From the NCBI GenBank assembly GCA_965603825.1, contig CBFDEM010000020.1, forward strand, positions 744,001 to 808,000: a stretch of 64,000 nt of DNA. Reading direction: 5' to 3'. Below the pieces are notes generated by a model. It did not search any database, was not told the DNA's origin, and saw only the letters and a program-made list of their open reading frames with translations. The position numbers and the translations under genes are program-made. Numbering within the stretch: the first letter of the stretch is position 1; each line of letters opens with the position of its first letter. Origin of the DNA: Blepharisma stoltei ATCC 30299. Its lineage: Eukaryota; Protista; Ciliophora. Below, one piece after another: positions 12,592 through 26,226 of the stretch.

Positions 12592-14517
12592 TTAATTTAT
12601 TCATTGTGACATTTTTGTCGAGCTGAATATAAGTGTGAAATCGTTTTTTAGGTTGCATTCCTGGACATAGGTTTTATATTTCTTATGATTTACAAATGGA
12701 GGAAAAAGTGGATCCAAAGCAATTCTAAGCGCATTGTCTAGCATTTCAGGGATTAATTTAGCTAGATAAGATCCACTTAGCTCTAAGCAAGGATTTGTAT
12801 TTGCTTCAATTAGTCACACTTTAAATTGCTGATCAATCATAAAATCATATCCAAATACTTCAAAAGTCTGTTTCTTTTTTTGCAAATTTAATATTTGATA
12901 AGTCGCTGCAATACTATCAAAAATCAATTTTTCAATTTGTGGTAAAATATCTGTATAGAAATCAGTGCCAGAATAGTTCGCGTTTAAATATCTTTGGAAC
13001 TCTGCATATGAAAGTTTATTCCCTGACTCGTATCTTCCATAGTCTTCTGATTTATTTTGTATTGCATCATTCGTTAAATGTACATATTTATCATAATTTT
13101 TTAAAGAAAATTCTTTTGATGAAGTTCGTAAATAGCCTTCTTTGTAAAAATATCCTTGGATTTGGCCTTCAATTCCAGTAATCAAGGCATAGCACCTTAT
13201 ATCGAACTTTCTCTTATTAACAAGAAGCGGGTTTTCTATATATTTTTGTATGATATATGTTCGAGATCCTTCGTTTTTATATATTAAATTCCGAATTTCA
13301 GTTAAATCGCTGGATACCAAAATGCCGTTTCCTCTATTTGTGTTTTCCCCTGGCTTTACAATTCAAAGGCTGCCTGGAGTGTATGAGTTTTCAAATAGTC
13401 TTAAATTGTCGTCATCAAGGCCTTTTTCGATATGAAAAGTTAATGGAATATGGTCAAAAACAGATACACCTTTGGAATGATAATATTTGGAAAGATTTTT
13501 AAAGAGTTTCTTTTTCAGTCCTAAGTTTCCATTATCAGGGAGATGATTATGGATAATTTCATCATTTCCACACAATAGAGATATGATATTTAATTTTGTG
13601 TAACTTCTTGAGTTTGTAATTTTATGATATCCAAGCTCATTTTCAAGATTTTCTGCATTAAATTTGGGCAAAATCGATGTGGCTGAGGGTGTTGAGTCTA
13701 CTATTTTGGAATAATTGTTGCAAGTTGACATTTTTTCTAATACAAGAGGCTGCTTAAGTTGTGTTCATATAAAATTTGCATTAGTTGGAGAGTCCACTCT
13801 TATTCACCATCATCTTTGCTTCATTAGTCGATCTACCAAAGCAGAATTGTTCCCTTTTCCAATAAAATATTTATAAACATGCCCTTGGTTTAGAGACTCA
13901 TAGCCATTGCTGGCTTGAATTAATTTAATCCAGCTATGAAATAAAATCTCTTTGGCATCCTGAATTTGCTTTGAAATTTGTCTTACCTTTGTTATAATTT
14001 GTGAGTTAAACTTTGACTGTGAAATTGATGGTTTGGCTTGCTTTTGGCTAAGTTTCTGAGCTCTAGAGTGCTTAGGAGATTGCATGCCTTCAACAGAAAT
14101 ATCGTGATAGTTGCTTAAAACTTTATTGTAAATACTTTTATCTCCTTTAGTTTGTTTAGCATACAGTGATTCAATTGGTCTTCGAATATATGAATAATCT
14201 AAAGCTTGAGCTTCATGAGAACTTGAATCATAGAAAAACTTGGTCTTCTCATTATTACTAACAGTCCAAAACATTGTTTCTACAGGAGGCTGCAAAATTA
14301 ATGTCTCAAAATTTGTTCCCAAAACAGAATGTCTCTGTAACCGATATGGGGTTACTATTTTTTCGTTAGAATCAAAATCTAGTAATTTTCTTTTTGCCAA
14401 TTCGCTTCCATTATCAGAATACCTTTTGCCTTGCCTCTCATTTTTTGAGACACTTTGAGGTCTTACTTTTAGACTTAAAATTGTCGTTTTCGAAACTAGT
14501 TCATGGTTTTGGTCCAT
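12592..14517 (-). CDS. TTLL: Tubulin-tyrosine-ligase-like enzyme (TTLL, glycylase-type TTLL3/TTLL10-like)
   Basis: GKGNN..RWWW, ANFIWTQ, WIVKPGENTNRGNGI, QKYIENPLL..KFDIR, HLTNDAIQ, FEVFGYDF, WLIEANTNP. Three ORFs joined by TGA=Trp; TAA at 12592-12594. Confidence 0.92.
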
Positions 14518-14581
14518 GATTTGATTTTTACCATCTTACTAAATTCTCTACAGCATAAATAGTGTATTTCACAATAATAAA

Positions 14582-15448
14582 ATGGTTTCTACTTATACAA
14601 CATCAGACTCTTGCTCTGAGATCGGATTTTCCAGATTCCCTTACGTCTCAATCAAGATCTGTGAAGCCAGAAATTTGCAGGCTTATAGTGAATACAGTCA
14701 AGAGCTAAAACCATATATAAAAATTTCGAAGGGCTCTCACAAAAGCCAAACAAAATCTGCAACAACCTCTGATGATGTAATATGGAACGAGAATTTTGAA
14801 GTTTCAGGCGACGGTTTTGATTCTTTGATAATTTGTCTGATGGATCATGATGAATTTGACGGGGATATCGTTTTGGCTGGGTTGTCATTTCCTATGGAGT
14901 TATTAAAACAATGGAGAGAAGAAAAAGTTTTGTGAGTCAGACTTATTGATCCAAAAACTGTGCAGGATTTGGCTGAAGAAGATAATATTCTTACGTTTAC
15001 AGAAGATATGGAAATTTATAACCCGGCGGATACCCAATGTCCTATATTAAAATTAGAAATTTCATATTTTGGGATTGAAAGCTTGAGGGAAATTTCTTCG
15101 AAAATTGTGAATAGTGAGATTATAGAGAGGGATGGAAAAACATATACAGAATATGAAATGGTTTTGACAAGAAAAGATGGATTTAACTGGAAAGTCAATT
15201 TCAGATATTCGCAGCTTAGGAAAGTAAGGAAAAATATGATCAAACGATTCCCTGAGCTGAAAGAACTGAAGTTTCCAGGGAAAACGGCACTTTCTTTTCT
15301 TCATTTGAAACGAAGCAATAAGTTTAGTGAAGAAAGAATTGAACAGAGAAAGCAAGTTATGGAAAAATTTTTGAACTATACGCTTAAATGTCAATATCAG
15401 CAGAAATGTAGCGATTTTTACCAATTTTTGCAAGTTCCCTATAATTAA
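14582..15448 (+). CDS. C2 + PX domain protein
   Basis: C2 (ICEARNL..PYIKI..WNENF..MDHDEF..W(TGA)VRL) followed by PX (YTEYEM..FRYSQL..FPGK..IEQRKQVMEKFL). Confidence 0.85.
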
Positions 15449-15546
15449 TTAAGTTTTTTGATTTGTTATCAAAATTATCTTCATTATTATCAAATATTAA
15501 TAATTTATAAACTTAAAATTATTATAGAATTTTTTTACCATAATAA

Positions 15547-16446
15547 TTAAAGCGGCATTAGCCTTTGAATAATAAAGCTCTGAATGGGGAATGGCAGAAA
15601 AGTTAAAAAGTTCCCAAAAATGAAATGTTTCCAATGCCCATAGCTAACTCCTGTCCTAAGACTTCCTAACAGCGATTTTGCATAGTCATCTGGGAGGACA
15701 GTTAACGGGTATTTTTGAATCTTCATCGTCGCAGACAGGTCAGTAATTACAACTCCTGGCCTTATAGTAGCAGTATCAATACATTGCTTATACTCATACG
15801 CCGTAGCCTCACTGAAAAAATGATTATATTTCTTCGTCGCACTATAAACAGCACTATTCGGAAAATAACCTAACTCCGCGGTTGACGAGAAATTAATGAT
15901 CAACGATCTCTTTTTTCCTACCTCATACCTTTTTAAGAACTCTGGAATTAAGTAATAAGCAAGCAGAGTCGATGGGTAAATGTTTACACCTATTTGGTTC
16001 TCAATAATTCCATCATCTTCATTCAAAAGATCTTTTTTATCTGACACCCCAACATTATTAACCAATACTGATATTTCATAATTTTTTAGCTTTTCATTGA
16101 GACTTGCGAAAAACTCTTCAGCATTTTTGTGAGACATAGAAAAATCAGCTTGAATAAACTGGATTTCTGAGTTTGCGTATAAAGCCTCAATTTCTCTTTT
16201 CACATTTTCAAGCTTCGATTGGTTCCGTGATATCATTAATATTTTAAACCCACGCCTGGCGAACTCTTTGGTAAGTGCTTTGCCAATTCCGTCAGTTGCA
16301 CCAGTAATACAGACATAGCCATCGCTGTATTGCTTTAAATTAATGCAGCAGAATAGTTTCCAATAAAGCCAAGGCAATATTACACAAAGGATTTTAACAG
16401 CCCCAAAGATTGCGAAAGTCAGTCATACAATTTCCCAATCCTCCAT
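15547..16446 (-). CDS. HSD17B12: Very-long-chain 3-oxoacyl-CoA reductase / 17beta-HSD12-like SDR
   Basis: ATG at 16446 (MEDWEIVW...), TM segment, ITGATDGIGKA, LVNNVG, YSATK. Confidence 0.85.
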
Positions 16447-16518
16447 AATTATTATGCTGATTTATTCGCCATTTAGCAAAATTACTATAATCCTAAGCCA
16501 TTTTCTTACAGAATTAAA

Positions 16519-17607
16519 ATGGAAGACGAAACCAATTCAGGATCATCAGGAACTGCATCATGATTCAGTGAAAAAAACTCATCAAACCTCGAAAGGCCAA
16601 TGGACAAAGAAAAATGAAAAAGCGAAAAAAGATGCCAAATCTGCAATGCCCAATTTGGGGTCGTAGGTGTAGTTTACACAAAAAAACAATGCTGCAAATT
16701 TTGCTATAAAGCAGTCTGTGACAAATGTTCAGCACAAAAATCAATGCATCCTGAAACAAATACCCAAGAAAGAATCTGCAGCAGCTGCTATAATGCAGCT
16801 CTGGAAAATAGGTTTTCAGAAAGCATGAGTAATGAAGTTTTAAAAAATCAGGCACAAAAAGAAGAATTAGAGATTAAATTAGAACAAGAAACCAGAAGGA
16901 AAAACGAAATTATCGCAAAAAGGAAAATGCTGGAAGAAAAACTGAATAATTGTGAGGCGGAGTTTTCGAAAAAGAATTCTGAAATGATGTCAAGACTAAA
17001 TGAGCTGGAAAGGAATAAAGGAGATTTACTAATACAGCAGGAAGATTTAAAAGAAAAAAAAAGTGAGGTGGAAGATAGAATTAAGCTAAAAGATGAGAAA
17101 AGAATTATGCTGACTACGAGGATTGAAACAATTAATAAAGAAGTGGCTGAGAAGAAAAATGAGCTAGCAGAGGCAAAAAATAAATTAGAGGAGTATCAAA
17201 ATGAAGGGGAAAAGTTAGAATTGAGGCTGCAGGAATTGTCGAGCTATTTGGAAAGCCATGAAGAGTCTGACTCTGAAGATGAAAAAATGATGGTGAAGCT
17301 GGGGAAATTGGAAGAAAGGGAAAAATTGGAAATGGAAGAAAATCAAGCGCTGAAAAATGAGCTAGGGGAGCTAAAAGGTGAAGTGGAGATGAAAAAGGAG
17401 AAACTGAAAAGTGCGAAAGACAAATATTTAAAGAGAGAGGTGTCGAGATCATCGGAAAAAGGCTTGTTTGCATTAAGCCAAGAGGAAGAGGATAATATAA
17501 GAGAACTTAAAGCACAATTAAAAGAGCAGCACTCTCTTATAGAGAGACTAAGATATGAGCTTGAAAAATCCAAAGAGAAACACGTAGCAAGGAAAAAAAG
17601 AAGATAA
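16519..17607 (+). CDS. FYVE-like zinc finger + coiled-coil protein
   Basis: ATG at 16519, two TGA=Trp; W..KRCQICNAQF...KKQCCKFCYKAVCDKCS...RICSSCY, then long coiled coil. Confidence 0.8.
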
Positions 17608-17846
17608 TCCACCAAATTCAATTTTACTGCTGCGGAAATATTTTAATCAACTGATAAAAAATTTAAAATTTCTTTATTCTAAGTATTTTAAAATTTTATT
17701 AATAATCAGTTTCCACCCTATAATTATTTGCCATTCCAATTTTTTTCCCGATTATTATATTTCCAATACTCACAAGTTAAATTAAGCAATATTTCATTAA
17801 ACATAATTATCCACAATACAGTAAAGTCCATTTTTTAAATAATTAG

Positions 17847-19727
17847 ATGACGGCAATTGAAGATCTTATGTGGAAAAGAGCTTCAAGCTCTGAGCTAACT
17901 CAAAGTTTGGAAGTTATCTTATCCCGAGAGGACTCATCAATTTCTCAGTTACTTGATAACGAAAACGCAGCACAAGAATTAAAAAATAAAAATCCCAGGA
18001 TTATCCAATAGTGAATTTTATGTAGCCTTAATAGTGCAAGACTTGTTGAATTGATTGATATGATAGTGACTATTCCTTCAGAAGACTCAACTGATAAAAG
18101 GAAATTCAAATATCCACTTGACGCTTCAGAGCTGCTTTGTATAGCTGCTTCACCTCTGCATGATAAAATCTTAGCAGATGAGACTATTTTAGATAAAATT
18201 TTTTCGATTTTTGATGGGCCTGATATAAACGATATACTTTCAGGCTATTTTTCAAAGCTAGTGATAGCTTTAATAAGCAGAAATCCAAAGATTATCCTTA
18301 AATATATTTTTGAAAAAAAAATTGACATCAAGATCTTGCAGTTTATCTATATGAGGAGTATGGCACAGGTTGCTCTTCATACTTTACAGCTTGAAGAAGA
18401 TTTAGAGGATTTATTTTTAGAAGAAAGGTCAAACTTAATATCTGATTTAGTAAAGCAACTGAATAATTCCAATATTTTTTCAGCCTTAAATTCTGGAATA
18501 GTAATAAGCCGATTTTTAAGTGGCAGCACAAAAGTGAATTGCTGAAAACAACTTGTATGCTTATTCTTACGAGAAGAAAACTTAAATGCTATTTTTTGCA
18601 AATTTAATGGAAACCATCGAATTAACGGAGAAGCAGAAATACTTAAGAGCTGCCTATCAATGCCAAATCGATCTGAAATAATGAGCATAGGCATCGATGA
18701 AGAAGGAATTTCCCCATTAATGCGATACTTTGTTAACTATTTGTCTGCATTTGCCAACATATTAAGAGCCCCATATGAAAGTAGAATAACAGCTTTTAAA
18801 GAGACTATTGAAATTCTTGGAGAATCAAGATTTATTGTCTTAGAAATAATAGCTACTGCTTTTGATGCTCAATCTGGGTATATTACTTTAGGGCTGATTA
18901 ACCAAGAAATCCTTGATTTATTTATCGAAATATTTTTTAGGTTTGAATGAAACTCGATGCTTCATAATTTATTTTATAATACTGTTCAATCAATAATGAA
19001 CATGAGCTCTTTAGAAGCAGCTAAATATTTGCTGAATAATACAAAATTAATAGAATTTATGGAGACAGCAGGAATCTTAGCAATTACAGTGTCTATTAGT
19101 AACCGGAAAGGCTTATCTGGATATATTACAAAAATCGGAAATTTGATTGCAAAACATATGTCTCCTATAATTAAAGAAATAATTGAAAATAATCCTCTAT
19201 GGAATAATTTTGTGGATAGCTATTTAAAGCCGATGAACCAAATTCAAGAAGCAAAACCTAATTTAGCACAAGCTCAAAAACGATATGACATCAGTACTGC
19301 TGAATTCATGGATTTAGAAGGAGTAGAGAAAAATCCAAAAGAAGAAAACAAAGAAAAGCTTGAAAAAATTGCGAAAACTTTAAAAATCACAAATCCTGCA
19401 TCCAAACCTACAGATAGGATTGTGGAGAGATCACTTTTGACGAGAAATAAACTCATGAATTTAGATACAGAAATAACAAGCCCAAGAAAAGGATCTTCAG
19501 AGGTTTTGAGCACTGAAGCAAATCGTGATCCTGCTGAAGAGTATATTAGAAATATGCTGAATACCCAAGAAAGTAAAACAAATACAGAAGATGAAATGAA
19601 GGTAGAAAGCAATGAATCATTGAGCACGAGTGAGCAAAACTATGAGACTACTGATGCATTTGAATATAATGATATTGAGTATTGGAGAGTGCCTCCAGAT
19701 TATCTTAAAATTGGTGAACTTGATTAA
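17847..19727 (+). CDS. SAPS domain protein (SIT4/PP6 regulatory subunit)
   Basis: KRKFKYPLDASELL, LSGYFSKLV, FE-W(TGA)-NSMLHN, GLSGYITKI. Needs 15-nt intron 18011..18025 and TGAs at 18543 and 18948. Confidence 0.88.
18011..18025 (+). other. 15-nt intron
   Basis: GTGAATTTTATGTAG; removes an in-frame TAG and restores IIQYLN. Confidence 0.9.
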
Positions 19728-19806
19728 TATTAACTAGAATAGCGATTTTCATCATTATGCTCATACATATAAAAAAATCCTTAATTAAATAGGATGATTT
19801 TATTAT

Positions 19807-20907
19807 ATGCAAAATTCTTCTGAATTGCCTAATAAAGCTAGCGACCACGCAGAGTTAGAAATCGTTAAAAATTCTATTTCAGAGATAATCAATAAGAACA
19901 GTAAGTGTTTAGAAAAACTTGAAAACGTAAAAACAGAAACCAAAGCAAGCCTGATTAATTTTCAAATAAATTTCCTTACTAACGATCTCAACAGCAAGCT
20001 CATAGAAACCGAAAACGCTTTAAACGTTCTTAACACCTTAAAAAATAAGACAGCTGAGATTTTGAGTATACCAATCACTCCAATATTAGAGACTGATTTT
20101 AGGGCAACTTGTTCAGCATATCAAAGCTGTCCTAGTATTTATGATCCACCGCTAATGCAAGCTTACCAAGATTATCTTAATGCTTATCAGCAAAAGACAT
20201 CTCTTTATAATCTTTCAGAGTGTAAAAGCAACAAGACTTATTTACATATATATAACACTGAAACTGAAACCAAAGAAGTTAAAATTTTGGAGACTCCACA
20301 ATCACTAAACCATCAAACTAGCATAACTCAACTTCCAAATGGCAAACTATTCTGCTATGGAAAGTATCCATGTTCTGGTATTACAGCGATAGTTGATGTA
20401 AATGGTAAGGTCGAAATTTTGGCGTCTGGGGTTCCTTGCTCTTCCTTATCATGTATCTATTTTGACAATAGCATCTATTGCTTTGGAAGAGCAAATAATT
20501 ACTATTGTCTATCTAGGAGATTTGACTTGGATCAAAATCGGTGAATAAGATTTACCTCAATTCCAAACGTTGAACCTTATTGCATTAGCATAATATTTAA
20601 GCGGAATATTTTGATTTCTGAGTATTTTAATAAAAATCTTTTGCTATACTCAATTGATATTGACTCCTTCTCAATAATTCCTTATAAATTTGCAGCACAT
20701 AAAACAAAGTTTCTGATAAATACAAATAGATTGTATTTAATTGAATGCGGCAATGGATCAATCTATGAAAGTGAAATTGAAAGTTACATAAATTGGCAAC
20801 GAATAGCAGAATCAACAATTGATTTTAGTTCTCAACTGTATTGTTCATATAATAAAGGAGGAATATACATTGGTATGATCTCAAATAATTTCAGTGCATA
20901 CTATTAG
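19807..20907 (+). CDS. Coiled-coil + kelch-like beta-propeller protein (possibly truncated by a premature TAG)
   Basis: TQLPNGKLFCYG, IYFDNSIYCFG, RRFDLDQNR-W(TGA). TAG at 20905 is followed by 12 further sense codons to TAA at 20944. Confidence 0.75.
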
Positions 20908-20999
20908 TTCGATTTGAATAGCAAAGTAATCAGCAAACTACTTTAAAACCTTATTGTTATTATAAAAATCTTATTTTTATTGTTAATATTATATTAAAT

Positions 21000-23900
21000 T
21001 TAGGTTTTTTTAAAAATCTCCCAGTATCTTTTCAACAAATACCTGTTATAAAATTTCACAGAACGCTGAAATCCTATTGAATACAGTTTTAGATGTCATA
21101 TGTTTTCAAGCTTCTTATCATCAGAACTAATACTTTCAATATAGCCTTTTTGAGTCTGTAAATTGATTGGTATTTTAATTGCTTTTGAAGGCTTGTAGTC
21201 TTTCATTGTTATAAAGCTAAAATATTTTAGAATAAATGAAGTCTTTTCTGTAACTCTTTGAAGAGCAGATAGTCCCAGAGAAAATCTCATTGAGATGTCT
21301 TCAAAACTTGTATTGTGCTTGGAAACTGGCTTTGTAGTGTCGTTAGATTTAAGCTTAATTTCAAGTTTTTTTGGTCTAGGAGGTTTCGCATGTGTCTCTG
21401 TTTTGAGGTTTCCAAGTACTTTTGTGCATTTATTTACTAATTGTTCTTCATCATATGTGTTGGATCTTATTGGCTTAGAATTTGAAGTCTGTCTAATTCT
21501 TTTTAATCTTTCCTTCAAATTAAAATCATACTGCTGCCTTAAAGCTGCTGAACTTGCTTGCTCAGATTTCATAGAGCTTGATGATCCAGACCTCGAACTA
21601 CTTTTTGGGGTTAACTTTACTATGGACCTTGGCTCTCTGCTTGGAATATTTGAGCTGCTTCTTGTTGTTTGAGCCTTAGGCTTTGGTGATGATAAATTTT
21701 CACTGTTTCTTTTTGCATGAGGACTAGTAATGATTCTGAGCGGAAGCTTTGGAATAATTTCTCTTTGGTAAGGCTGGTTGATGACTATAATATTTTCATT
21801 GGATTGATCACTGTTTTCTCCTTTTTCTTTATATATTTCTTTATCGATAGCAGAAAATGATGATGACTTTAAAGTCATGTTATTTTGTCCTTTTTCATCA
21901 GAATTTATCGAAAAAATGCTGAAATCATTGTCTGTTTCTTTGTACTTAGAAGATGAAAACTTAGAGAAATCTTCCATTCTAAGGAATTCATAAGATTCGT
22001 CCTTAGAGAAACTTGGAGGACTTAGAACCATTTTCGGGCTTCCAAACGCAAATTTTGAAGAAAAGGTTGTGTTTTCAGTTAAATCTGGATCTGCTATTTG
22101 AAGCTTTGAGTATTTATCTTTGTAATCACAACTATATCTAGAAACACAATTAAATGCTTGATATTTTCTTTTTGAAATTATTTTTTGCACTATTGCTGTA
22201 AAGCAAAGTAAGGATTGCCTACTAATGCTTGCATTTCCAGTGTTTTTGATTAGAATATTTTGATTTTTTAATTTTGGTTTAATATATTTTAAGCGATTTT
22301 CCTTTCATTTTGATATTGCTATCCTAATCAATTTGCTGTATTTTTTCTTCAAAATAATTTCAAGCTTCTTATTCGCATTTCCTTTCAATTTGTATTTATC
22401 AATTTCTCCTTTCAAATTTCTAAAATATCTTTTAAGAATTATTGTTTTTAAATATTTTGCAATATCATATTCTGCAGATTGAAAAACCTTATTTGAAGAA
22501 GTTTTTCTTATTCACTTTGATCATTTTTCTTTTAAAATCCAATAATGTCATTTTTCTGAGTTTTTAAAAATAGTTTCCAACAAATTCTCTTTATATTTCT
22601 CTTTAACAGCACAAGTCTTAAGTGTTTCTATAAAATCAGTTTCTGCTTTATACAGTCTCTTTTTTAATATTTTCTTAATGATTTTCGCTACCAATTTTAC
22701 TCCATTATCCATAAATTCCTGCTGCTTATTTTCCCTTCTTTTTTTATCAGCAATAATTTTTGTATACCAAAAATTTCTTACTGAAGTAAATCCAAGAATA
22801 AGTTTTCTGTTTCTCTCTTTTGTAAATACCCTCAGCAAAATATTAGGTAAGCTTGCATATTTTATAGCTTTATTTAATGCTTGGTTTTTTTCAGAATATA
22901 TTTTAATTCTTCCAAAAATCTCTTTGAATAAAGGTGAAATTAAAGGGGCTAAAGACTTATTGATTTGTTCTCCTCTTTCGTGTTCTAATCTGTATCTGAT
23001 AACTTTATCCATCTCAAAATCAGCTGGATAAAGAGATTCTTGAGAAGCTGTAACAAATCGTTTAGGAGATCCGATATAAGGAGGAGTAGAAAGCAGAGGG
23101 GCATCTAAAGATTCAAAAACGGAATGAACGAGCTGATGAGTGAATAAATCTCTTTTATAAGGATCATAAGTGCCTATTAACTCTCCTAGCCCTACTGGCT
23201 TAAAATTGATTTTTGACTCAAAAATAAATGCAATTCCTCTTTTTTGGTTACTTGCAAAATTTGGCTTGATGTAGGCAGGATCCAATTTGTATTGTGATCC
23301 TGGCCAAGCTGATATTGAGCAAATGCTTTTTCCAGCGATAATTAGAGTGTTAAGCATGTTATTTGCTGAATATTCCATGACTGGCTCAGTCCACTCATAT
23401 AAGCATTGCTCTGAAGTCAGTCCAAAAATAGATCTGTGGCATGCTGCAATTGTTTTTACTTTAGAATTTTCTTCACTTGGCAGCCGATACAGTTCCATGC
23501 AATCATCAAAAGCATAAACAGCTCCTTCTTCTGATAAAACAGCTATAAACTCATTTCCTGCAGATATATCAACAACAAAATGCTGCTCCAGCTCAGGAAG
23601 TGTATATGGAGCATTTTTTATTTCTCGGTTCGGTGAAAGCACTCCTCTTGGGGACTGCATACTTTTTTGCGAACTTCTTAAAAATGCTTCTGATTTTTTG
23701 CTTGATTGATGATGGCTCCCTATAACACCTAATATATAAACGTAGCCTCCACTTGTGCACATACATGTAAAACTGTCTCCACAAATGATTTTTATTACAG
23801 AGAAATTTCTGGCTTTGTCAATTACCAATGGAAGTGCTCTTTCTTCTATTAAGTTTATCCCACCAAGTTCTCCGAATTTCCCGCTGCCTCATGTATAGAC

Positions 23901-24365
23901 TAATCCTTGTTCATCTATTCCAGCTGCATGGCCAGATCCCAGACTTATCTGATTCAATCCATTTGCAGTAAGTCCTTCAATTAGTCGAGGCATTGACGCT
24001 CTATCAAAATTAATAAAAATCCCAGAGCGTAAAGAGTCATTCCCTAATCCATAAACTTCATGATATATAGATAGCAAAAGAGACGCTTCAGAGTTGCACG
24101 AAATGGAGGTTATTTGCCGAGGGATAGTTATTTCTTTATAAATATCATCAATATCTGGATTATCATTGCTATCGGTAGGATTTCCAAGGATTCATACCTT
24201 TCCTTGATGAGTAAGGATTAATGAAAAGAAATCGCTGCTTATAAAATCTTGGATTTGTTGGCTGTCAGGTAGAGAATATATATAAGGGATTGGTAATATT
24301 AGGGAATGAGGTGAAGCTATAGATAAAGCAGCCTATATAGATGTCACTTTTTTATGAGTCTGCAT
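21000..24365 (-). CDS. RCC1-repeat protein with long basic/low-complexity C-terminus
   Basis: ATG at 24365, 15-nt intron 24333..24347, ISLGSGHAAGIDEQGLVYT-W(TGA)-GSGKFGELG, ICGDSFT, ISAGNEF. Continuous frame through TGAs to TAA at 21000-21002. Confidence 0.82.
24333..24347 (-). other. 15-nt intron
   Basis: GTGACATCTATATAG; in-frame TAG if retained. Confidence 0.75.
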
Positions 24366-24591
24366 TTCAAATTTTGAGGTTTGTTATTATTTCAATTTTT
24401 AGCTGATTAAGATCTCTAAAACTAAGAAATTCAATTTAATAATAAACAAGATTTTCAGATAAATTAATTTTAGCAATTTAATTATATTCTTAATGATGCT
24501 GTAATTTTACTGTAAAACTTGTTTATATAAAGCGCTATTTCTGATATATCAAAGATTATATTATTTGCTTAATTAATTTTAGATATGCTAA

Positions 24592-26226
24592 TTAATAGTA
24601 CCCTAGACTTCTTGCTGGCTTCTGCTCTTTTTCTTTTGAAGTTGACAAAGAAGATGAAAGCTCTTCTAACCCTAACAAAGCATCTTCCAAATTTCTTGGT
24701 TTTTCTGTCTTCTGCTGAGTTTGAGGAGCTTGAGATTGAACAAGAGAAGGGCTAAGCTTAAGCTGGCTGATAGAAACCCCAGAAGTAGTATCTAAATTGT
24801 GAGAAACCTTTATATGAGAATTAGATTTCGCAGGAGACAACGGTTGAGTTGGCTGCACATAGGAGGATTGAATATTACTGGGCTGCGGCAAAGGCTGAAA
24901 TAGATCTGGGATATTTTGACTAGATGGAATTGTGGGATGTGCTGGGATATTCTGGGAAATAGAAACAGATGGAAACTCTGGAATGGCTTGAAATTTTGGT
25001 TGAGAAAGAGTTTGGGATTGAGGATTAAGAGATAAATTTGAAATTTCTTGCTCCCAGCTTGACTTAGGAGCTGATGGAGGAGATTTTGTATTTAAGTCTT
25101 TAAATAAGCTTCCTTGCTGCTTTGAAGGAGAAATTACTTGTTTTGGAGCTGTCTGAGTAATTGGCTGAAAATTATTTGTTTGCACTTTCGTAGGAGGAGG
25201 CTTATGAATTGGCTGAAAAACATCACCCATTGGCTTTTTTTGTTCTTGAGGAATAGGAGGGAAATTGTGGTTTCCAGCCTGGGGCTTTTGGAAATGAGTC
25301 GGAATCGGCTGAAAAATATCGTTTGGCTTTTGAAATGGCTCATGGTTAGCATTTCCTTGAAAATTGCTATCTGCTATCAAATCACTTTGCATTTGGTGAT
25401 TTTCTTCTTCGTCTTGAATTAATTCGACCTCATTCACCACATTTCTCTGCTGATAATGATCTGACCTTCGTGCAGGCAAAGGAGCAAAAATATCATGTGA
25501 TGGCTGGCCTTGAATCTCTTGCGCTGGCCAAGAATTTCCATTTGAAGGAATTCTTTGTTCTTGCCTTTGAGGGTGATTTCCTCTATTTTCGCTTGATATT
25601 GCATTCATTCTAGTATTTCTTTGTCTAATTTCTGCAGCGCTGCTTTGATTTCCGAAAATTTGGTCAAATCCTTTATCAATCCTTTCATTGGAAGGTGCTT
25701 GATAATTGTGGCTTTCATTTCTAGGTTCATACGAATTATATTGCGCTTGTGATGAGGGTGCATGCCTTTCTGGGAGTCTTGTTGATTCTCCTCTTTCTTC
25801 TTCAAGAATTCCACTATTTGATAAAAGATAGTTGATTTGACGCGCTTTATCTCTTATAGTGCCTCCTCTTTCAATAATTCCATTTTCCCTATAGCTGAAT
25901 GACTCAAATCCTCTTAAGATGTGTAAGGAGTTTTTCAGCTCGCCTACTAGTTGGTGGCTTCCTGATAAAAGGAGTGTGTGGATTAAGCCTAAAGTTTTAT
26001 TTATTTTTCTCCATTCTCTATCAGGAGCTCTTAGATTTTCGTAAAGCGATTTCATAATAGTTTCGATATCTGTTCCAGAAGTCGTTCTTTGTGCAATTGC
26101 AAGTTGAACATTTTTTGGTGGGGTGTTGTCGTCATCTGTTGTGCAATCTATTATAAGAAGCTCAAGTTCTGATTTGGTTATTCGATTGCTTAAGTTTGTT
26201 GCTGCCTTTGCGACACTCTCCATCAA
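24592..26226 (-). CDS. ENTH-domain (epsin-related) protein
   Basis: EWRKINKTLGLIHTLLLSGS...RGGTIRDKA..LL..LEEER; disordered P/Q-rich tail. Confidence 0.9.
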   Translation of the reverse strand: MMESVAKAATNLSNRITKSELELLIIDCTTDDDNTPPKNVQLAIAQRTTSGTDIETIMKSLYENLRAPDREWRKINKTLGLIHTLLLSGSHQLVGELKNSLHILRGFESFSYRENGIIERGGTIRDKARQINYLLSNSGILEEERGESTRLPERHAPSSQAQYNSYEPRNESHNYQAPSNERIDKGFDQIFGNQSSAAEIRQRNTRMNAISSENRGNHPQRQEQRIPSNGNSWPAQEIQGQPSHDIFAPLPARRSDHYQQRNVVNEVELIQDEEENHQMQSDLIADSNFQGNANHEPFQKPNDIFQPIPTHFQKPQAGNHNFPPIPQEQKKPMGDVFQPIHKPPPTKVQTNNFQPITQTAPKQVISPSKQQGSLFKDLNTKSPPSAPKSSWEQEISNLSLNPQSQTLSQPKFQAIPEFPSVSISQNIPAHPTIPSSQNIPDLFQPLPQPSNIQSSYVQPTQPLSPAKSNSHIKVSHNLDTTSGVSISQLKLSPSLVQSQAPQTQQKTEKPRNLEDALLGLEELSSSLSTSKEKEQKPARSLGYY

